A program made the translations under genes and the position numbers. This document shows, in pieces, positions 55,809 through 64,000 of a stretch of DNA of 64,000 nt (its first letter is position 1; the number at the start of each line of letters is the position of its first letter). The stretch spans positions 2,666,001 through 2,730,000 of the forward strand of contig OZ059895.1 in assembly GCA_964057225.1 (NCBI GenBank). The letters run 5' to 3'. Under the pieces are notes generated by a model, which saw only the letters and a list, made by a program, of their open reading frames with translations, was not told the origin of the DNA and did not search any database. Source of the stretch: Auanema rhodensis. Its lineage: Eukaryota; Animalia; Nematoda.

Positions 55809-58616
55809 ACTGATATAAGTTCACACTTATATCCTCGATTTTCACCCTGAAGAATTAATTTTTTCGTTGAATAACATTGTCCATCGTCTTTGCCTTGAAA
55901 AATGGAATCTAAAAACATCTACTTTTTGCTAAATTATTTAGAAATTTTTCGAAAAAATTTTTGTCAAAATGTTTTTGGAAGCAATGTTGAGTGTACATGG
56001 AAACTCAACATACACTAATGCATCATTTTTCAAACGATCATAACTAATTTTTGTATTGAGCGTTTCTCAATGTAGTATAGTGCATTCGATGCGGATTTTT
56101 AAGCTGCGTCGATCTGTGTTATCAGATTTGCGCTAGCTTAAAAATGCACCGAGATATCAACTGATATAAGTTCACACTTATATCCTCGATTTTCACCCTG
56201 AAGAATTAATTTTTTCGTTGAATAACATTGTCCATCGTCTTTGCCTTGAAAAAAGGAATCTAAAAACATCTACTTTTTGCTAAATTATCTTGAAATTTTT
56301 CGAAAAAATTTTTGTCAAAATGTTTTTGGAAGCAATGTTGAGTGTACATGGAAACTCAACATACACTAATGCATCATTTTTCAAACGATCATAACTTATT
56401 TTTGTATTAAGCGTTTCTCAATGTAGTATAGTGCATTCGATGCGGATTTTTAAGCTGCGTCGATTTGTGTTATCAAATTTGCGCTAGCTTAAAAATGCAC
56501 CGAGATATCAAGTGATATAAGTTCACACTTATATCCTCGATTTTCACCCTGAAGAATTAATTTTTTCGTTGAATAACATTGTCCATCGTCTTTGCCTTGA
56601 AAAAAGGAATCTAAAAACATCTACTTTTTGCTAAATTATCTTGAAATTTTTCGAAAAAATTTTTGTCAAAATGTTTTTGGAAGCAATGTTGAGTGTACAT
56701 GGAAACTCAACATACACTAATGCATCATTTTTCAAACGATCATAACTAATTTTTGTATTAAGCGTTTCTCAATGTAGTATAGTGCATTCGATGCGGATTT
56801 TTAAGCTGCGTCGATCTGTGTTATCAGATTTGCGCTAGCTTGAAAATGCACCGAGATATCAACTGATATAAGTTCACACTTATATCCTCGATTTTCACCC
56901 TGAAGAATTAATTTTTTCGTTGAATAACATTGTCCATCGTCTTTGCCTTGAAAAAAGGAATCTAAAAACATCTACTTTTTGCTAAATTATCTTGAAATTT
57001 TTCAAAAAAATTTTTGTCAAAATGTTTTTGGAAGCAATGTTGAGTGTACATGGAAACTCAACATACACTAATGCATCATTTTTCAAACGATCATAACTAA
57101 TTTTTGTATTAAGCGTTTCTCAATGTAGTAAAGTGCATTCGATGCGGATTTTTAAGCTGCGTCGATCTGTGTTATCAGATTTGCGCTAGCTTAAAAATGC
57201 ACCGAGATATCAACTGATATAAGTTCACACTTATATCCTCGATTTTCACCCTGAAGAATTAATTTTTTCGTTGAATAACATTGTCCATCGTCTTTGCCTT
57301 GAAAAATGGAATCTAAAAACATCTACTTTTTGCTAAATTATTTAGAAATTTTTCGAAAAAATTTTTGTCAAAATGTTTTTGGAAGCAATGTTGAGTGTAC
57401 ATGGAAACTCAACATACACTAATGCATCATTTTTCAAACGATCATAACTAATTTTTGTATTGAGCGTTTCTCAATGTAGTATAGTGCATTCGATGCGGAT
57501 TTTTAAGCTGCGTCGATCTGTGTTATCAGATTTGCGCTAGCTTAAAAATGCACCGAGATATCAACTGATATAAGTTCACACTTATATCCTCGATTTTCAC
57601 CCTGAAGAATTAATTTTTTCGTTGAATAACATTGTCCATCGTCTTTGCCTTGAAAAAAGGAATCTAAAAACATCTACTTTTTGCTAAATTATCTTGAAAT
57701 TTTTCGAAAAAATTTTTGTCAAAATGTTTTTGGAAGCAATGTTGAGTGTACATGGAAACTCAACATACACTAATGCATCATTTTTCAAACGATCATAACT
57801 AATTTTTGTATTAAGCGTTTCTCAATGTAGTATAGTGCATTCGATGCGGATTTTTAAGCTGCGTCGATTTGTGTTATCAAATTTGCGCTAGCTTAAAAAT
57901 GCACCGAGATATCAAGTGATATAAGTTCACACTTATATCCTCGATTTTCACCCTGAAGAATTAATTTTTTCGTTGAATAACATTGTCCATCGTCTTTGCC
58001 TTGAAAAAAGGAATCTAAAAACATCTACTTTTTGCTAAATTATCTTGAAATTTTTCGAAAAAATTTTTGTCAAAATGTTTTTGGAAGCAATGTTGAGTGT
58101 ACATGGAAACTCAACATACACTAATGCATCATTTTTCAAACGATCATAACTAATTTTTGTATTAAGCGTTTCTCAATGTAGTATAGTGCATTCGATGCGG
58201 ATTTTTAAGCTGCGTCGATCTGTGTTATCAGATTTGCGCTAGCTTGAAAATGCACCGAGATATCAACTGATATAAGTTCACACTTATATCCTCGATTTTC
58301 ACCCTGAAGAATTAATTTTTTCGTTGAATAACATTGTCCATCGTCTTTGCCTTGAAAAAAGGAATCTAAAAACATCTACTTTTTGCTAAATTATCTTGAA
58401 ATTTTTCAAAAAAATTTTTGTCAAAATGTTTTTGGAAGCAATGTTGAGTGTACATGGAAACTCAACATACACTAATGCATCATTTTTCAAACGATCATAA
58501 CTAATTTTTGTATTAAGCGTTTCTCAATGTAGTAAAGTGCATTCGATGCGGATTTTTAAGCTGCGTCGATCTTTGTTATCAGATTTGCGCTAGCTTAAAA
58601 ATGCACCGAGATATCA
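55809..58616. repeat. Tetrameric (1404-bp) higher-order repeat, 2 copies (M160-163, M164-167)
   Basis: The order Q-like (95T/132A/250G), 306T/317A, 2G/332G, 143A/270A occurs twice; C2G at 56512 and 57916. Confidence 0.85.
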
Positions 58617-61600
58617 ACTGATATAAGTTCACACTTATATCCTCGATTTTCACCCTGAAGAATTAATTTTTTCGTTGAATAACATTGTCCATCGTCTTTG
58701 CCTTGGAAAAAGGAATCTAAAAACATCTACTTTTTGCTAATTTATTTTGAAATTTTTCGAGAAAATTTTTGTCAAAATGTTTTTGGAAGCAATGTTGAGT
58801 GTACATGGAAACTCAACATACACTAATGCATCATTTTTCAAACGATCATAACTAATTTTTGTATTAAGCGTTTCTCAATGTAGTATAGTGCATTCGATGC
58901 GGATTTTTAAGCTGCGTCGATTTGTGTTATCAAATTTGCGCTAGCTTAAAAATGCACCGAGATATCAAGTGATATAAGTTCACACTTATATCCTCGATTT
59001 TCACCCTGAAGAATTAATTTTTTCGTTGAATAACATTGTCCATCGTCTTTGCCTTGAAAAAAGGAATCTAAAAACATCTACTTTTTGCTAAATTATCTTG
59101 AAATTTTTCGAAAAAATTTTTGTCAAAATGTTTTTGGAAGCAATGTTGAGTGTACATGGAAACTCAACATACACTAATGCATCATTTTTCAAACGATCAT
59201 AACTAATTTTTGTATTAAGCGTTTCTCAATGTAGTATAGTGCATTCGATGCGGATTTTTAAGCTGCGTCGATCTGTGTTATCAGATTTGCGCTAGCTTGA
59301 AAATGCACCGAGATATCAACTGATATAAGTTCACACTTATATCCTCGATTTTCACCCTGAAGAATTAATTTTTTCGTTGAATAACATTGTCCATCGTCTT
59401 TGCCTTGAAAAAAGGAATCTAAAAACATCTACTTTTTGCTAAATTATCTTGAAATTTTTCAAAAAAATTTTTGTCAAAATGTTTTTGGAAGCAATGTTGA
59501 GTGTACATGGAAACTCAACATACACTAATGCATCATTTTTCAAACGATCATAACTAATTTTTGTATTAAGCGTTTCTCAATGTAGTAAAGTGCATTCGAT
59601 GCGGATTTTTAAGCTGCGTCGATCTTTGTTATCAGATTTGCGCTAGCTTAAAAATGCACCGAGATATCAACTGATATAAGTTCACACTTATATCCTCGAT
59701 TTTCACCCTGAAGAATTAATTTTTTCGTTGAATAACATTGTCTATCGTCTTTGCCTTGGAAAAAGGAATCTAAAAACATCTACTTTTTGCTAATTTATTT
59801 TGAAATTTTTCGAGAAAATTTTTGTCAAAATGTTTTTGGAAGCAATGTTGAGTGTACATGGAAACTCAACATACACTAATGCATCATTTTTCAAACAATC
59901 ATAACTAATTTTTGTATTAAGCGTTTCTCAATGTAGTATAGTGCATTCGATGCGGATTGTTAAGCTGCGTCGATCTGTGTTATCAGATTTGCGCTAGCTT
60001 AAAAATGCACCGAGATATCAACTGATATAAGTTCACACTTATATCCTCGATTTTCACCCTGAAAAATTAATTTTTTCGTTGAATAACATTGTCCATCGTC
60101 TTTGCCTTGAAAAATAGAATCTAAAAACATCTACTTTTTGCTAAATTATTTAGAAATTTTTCGAAAAAATTTTTGTCAAAATGTTTTTGGAAGCAATGTT
60201 GAGTGTACATGGAAACTCAACATACACTAATGCATCATTTTTCAAACAATCATAACTAATTTTTGTATTGAGCGTTTCTCAATGTAGTATAGTGCATTCG
60301 ATGCGGATTTTTAAGCTGCGTCGATCTGTGTTATCAGATTTGCGCTAGCTTAAAAATGCACCGAGATATCAACTGATATAAGTTCACACTTATATCCTCG
60401 ATTTTCACCCTGAAGAATTAATTTTTTCGTTGAATAACATTGTCCATCGTCTTTGCCTTGAAAAAAGGAATCTAAAAACATCTACTTTTTGCTAAATTAT
60501 CTTGAAATTTTTCGAAAAAATTTTTGTCAAAATGTTTTTGGAAGCAATGTTGAGTGTACATGGAAACTCAACATACACTAATGCATCATTTTTCAAACGA
60601 TCATAACTAATTTTTGTATTAAGCGTTTCTCAATGTAGCAAAGTGCATTCGATGCGGATTTTTAAGCTGCGTCGATCTGTGTTATCAGATTTGCGCTAGC
60701 TTAAAAATGCACCGAGATATCAACTGATATAAGTTCACACTTATATCCTCGATTTTCACCCTGAAGAATTAATTTTTTCGTTGAATAACATCGTCCATCG
60801 TCTTTGCCTTGGAAAAAGGAATCTAAAAACATCTACTTTTCGCTAATTTATTTTGAAATTTTTCGAGAAAATTTTTGTCAAAATGTTTTTGGAAGCAATG
60901 TTGAGTGTACATGGAAACTCAACATACACTAATGCATCATTTTTCAAACAATCATAACTAATTTTTGTATTAAGCGTTTCTCAATGTAGTATAGTGCATT
61001 CGATGCGGATTGTTAAGCTGCGTCGATCTGTGTTATCAGATTTGCGCTAGCTTAAAAATGCACCGAGATATCAACTGATATAAGTTCACACTTATATCCT
61101 CGATTTTCACCCTGAAAAATTAATTTTTTCGTTGAATAACATTGTCCATCGTCTTTGCCTTGAAAAATGGAATCTAAAAACATCTACTTTTTGCTAAATT
61201 ATTTAGAAATTTTTCGAAAAAATTTTTGTCAAAATGTTTTTGGAAGCAATGTTGAGTGTACATGGAAACTCAACATACACTAATGCATCATTTTTCAAAC
61301 AATCATAACTAATTTTTGTATTGAGCGTTTCTCAATGTAGTATAGTGCATTCGATGCGGATTTTTAAGCTGCGTCGATCTGTGTTATCAGATTTGCGCTA
61401 GCTTAAAAATGCACCGAGATATCAACTGATATAAGTTCACACTTATATCCTCGATTTTCACCCTGAAGAATTAATTTTTTCGTTGAATAACGTTGTCCAT
61501 CGTCTTTGCCTTGAGAAAAGGAATCTAAAAACATCTACTTTTTGCTAAATTATTTTGAAATTTTTCGAAAAAATTTTTGTCAAAATGTTTTTGGAAGCAA

Positions 61601-64000
61601 TGTTGAGTGTACATGGAAACTCAACGTACACTAATGCATCATTTTTCAAACGATCATAACTAATTTTTGTATTAAGCGTTTCTCAATGTAGTATAGTGCA
61701 TTCGATGCGGATTGTTAAGCTGCGTCGATCTGTGTTATCAGATTTGCGCTAGCTTAAAAATGCACCGAGATATCAACTGATATAAGTTCACACTTATATC
61801 CTCGATTTTCACCCTGAAAAATTAATTTTTTCGTTGAATAACATTGTCCATCGTCTTTGCCTTGAAAAATGGAATCTAAAAACATCTACTTTTTGCTAAA
61901 TTATTTAGAAATTTTTCGAAAAAATTTTTGTCAAAATGTTTTTGGAAGCAATGTTGAGTGTACATGGAAACTCAACATACACTAATGCATCATTTTTCAA
62001 ACAATCATAACTAATTTTTGTATTGAGCGTTTCTCAATGTAGTATAGTGCATTCGATGCGGATTTTTAAGCTGCGTCGATCTGTGTTATCAGATTTGCGC
62101 TAGCTTAAAAATGCACCGAGATATCAACTGATATAAGTTCACACTTATATCCTCGATTTTCACCCTGAAGAATTAATTTTTTCGTTGAATAACGTTGTCC
62201 ATCGTCTTTGCCTTGAAAAAAGGAATCTAAAAACATCTACTTTTTGCTAAATTATCTTGAAATTTTTCGAAAAAATTTTTGTCAAAATGTTTTTGGAAGC
62301 AATGTTGAGTGTACATGGAAACTCAACATACACTAATGCATCATTTCTCAAACGATCATAACTAATTTTTGTATTAAGCGTTTCTCAATGTAGTAAAGTG
62401 CATTCGATGCGGATTTTTAAGCTGCGTCGATCTGTGTTATCAGATTTGCGCTAGCTTAAAAATGCACCGAGATATCAACTGATATAAGTTCACACTTATA
62501 TCCTCGATTTTCACCCTGAAGAATTAATTTTTTCGTTGAATAACATTGTCCATCGTCTTTGCCTTGGAAAAAGGAATCTAAAAACATCTACTTTTCGCTA
62601 ATTTATCTTGAAATTTTTCGAGAAAATTTTTGTCAAAATGTTTTTGGAAGCAATGTTGAGTGTACATGGAAACTCAACATACACTAATGCATCATTTTTC
62701 AAACAATCATAACTAATTTTTGTATTAAGCGTTTCTCAATGTAGTATAGTGCATTCGATGCGGATTGTTAAGCTGCGTCGATCTGTGTTATCAGATTTGC
62801 GCTAGCTTAAAAATGCACCGAGATATCAACTGATATAAGTTCACACTTGTATCCTCGATTTTCACCCTGAAGAATTAATTTTTTCGTTGAATAACATTGT
62901 CCATCGTCTTTGCCTTGAAAAATGGAATCTAAAAACATCTACTTCTTGCTAAATTATCTTGAAATTTTTCGAAAAAATTTTTGTCAAAATGTTTTTGGAA
63001 GCAATGTTGAGTGTACATGGAAACTCAACATACACTAATGCATCATTTTTCAAACGATCATAACTAATTTTTGTATTAAGCGTTTCTCAATGTAGTATAG
63101 TGCATTCGATGCGGATTTTTAAGCTGCGTCGATCTTTGTTATCAGATTTGCGCTAGCTTAAAAATGCACCGAGATATCAACTGATATAAGTTCACACTTA
63201 TATCCTCGATTTTCACCCTGAAGAATTAATTTTTTCGTTGAATAACATTGTCCATCGTCTTTGCCTTGGAAAAAGGAATCTAAAAACATCTACTTTTTGC
63301 TAATTTATTTTGAAATTTTTCGAGAAAATTTTTGTCAAAATGTTTTTGGAAGCAATGTTGAGTGTACATGGAAACTCAACATACACTAATGCATCATTTT
63401 TCAAACAATCATAACTAATTTTTGTATTAAGCGTTTCTCAATGTAGTATAGTGCATTCGATGCGGATTGTTAAGCTGCGTCGATCTGTGTTATCAGATTT
63501 GCGCTAGCTTAAAAATGCACCGAGATATCAACTGATATAAGTTCACACTTATATCCTCGATTTTCACCCTGAAAAATTAATTTTTTCGTTGAATAACATT
63601 GTCCATCGTCTTTGCCTTGAAAAATGGAATCTAAAAACATCTACTTTTTGCTAAATTATTTAGAAATTTTTCGAAAAAATTTTTGTCAAAATGTTTTTGG
63701 AAGCAATGTTGAGTGTACATGGAAACTCAACATACACTAATGCATCATTTTTCAAACAATCATAACTAATTTTTGTATTGAGCGTTTCTCAATGTAGTAT
63801 AGTGCATTCGATGCGGATTTTTAAGCTGCGTCGATCTGTGTTATCAGATTTGCGCTAGCTTAAAAATGCACCGAGATATCAACTGATATAAGTTCACACT
63901 TATATCCTCGATTTTCACCCTGAAGAATTAATTTTTTCGTTGAATAACATTGTCCATCGTCTTTGCCTTGAAAAAAGGAATCTAAAAACATCTACTTTTT

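Larger units (their letters stand above)
1..64000. repeat. 351-bp satellite DNA tandem array (182 full monomers + 119-bp partial; extends beyond both window edges)
   Basis: ACTGATATAAGTTCACAC recurs at 1, 352, 703, 3511, 7021, 14041, 21061 and 28081 (period 351). After a 1-bp deletion it recurs at 30537, 42120, 49140, 56160, 63180, 63531 and 63882. Monomers differ by only a few substitutions. No unique sequence was seen. Confidence 0.99.

Noticed and set aside
1-64000. CRISPR array, integron cassette array or other prokaryotic repeat-spacer system
   Set aside because: There are no unique spacers or cassettes; the entire 351-bp unit is repeated and no associated genes are present.
1-64000. 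5S rRNA, spliced-leader or snRNA tandem gene cluster, or rDNA spacer
   Set aside because: No recognisable 5S, SL or U-snRNA sequence. AATTTTTG resembles an Sm site but is expected in T-rich DNA. An Rfam scan would be the formal test.
1-64000. Assignment to a named ~350-360-bp satellite family (e.g. beetle, Drosophila 1.688 or cucurbit satellites)
   Set aside because: Only length and AT content are similar. I do not recognise the sequence, so BLAST or Dfam comparison is required.
1-64000. Pure assembly or concatemer artefact (rolling-circle copies of one molecule)
   Set aside because: Variants are shared in ordered, position-dependent haplotypes rather than scattered as random errors, which fits a real evolving array. 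Local copy numbers still need read validation.

Overview
The whole 64-kb window is one uninterrupted head-to-tail tandem array of a 351-bp AT-rich monomer (about 31% GC by hand count). It holds 182 complete monomers plus a 119-bp partial one, all in the same orientation, with no insertions and only one indel seen (1 bp, near 30282). This is typical of eukaryotic satellite DNA, plausibly (peri)centromeric; I cannot name the host or family. I see no credible protein-coding gene, RNA gene, transposon or CRISPR array, and the three ORFs arise from point variants that remove stop codons. The interesting structure lies at two levels. (1) Each monomer carries four inverted repeats (monomer positions 4-25, 103-168, 176-203, 272-341), many A/T tracts and a faint internal ~189-bp-offset similarity. 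(2) Diagnostic SNPs show spatial variant domains, nascent higher-order repeats of 2, 3, 4 and 5 monomers, chimeric monomers, a diverged island at 35.1-37.2 kb and a block copied over about 18-19 kb. Numbering: monomer n (Mn) starts at 1+351(n-1) up to M87 and at 351(n-1) from M88. 'pN' is the position within a monomer starting at ACTGATATAAG. All typing was done by eye.
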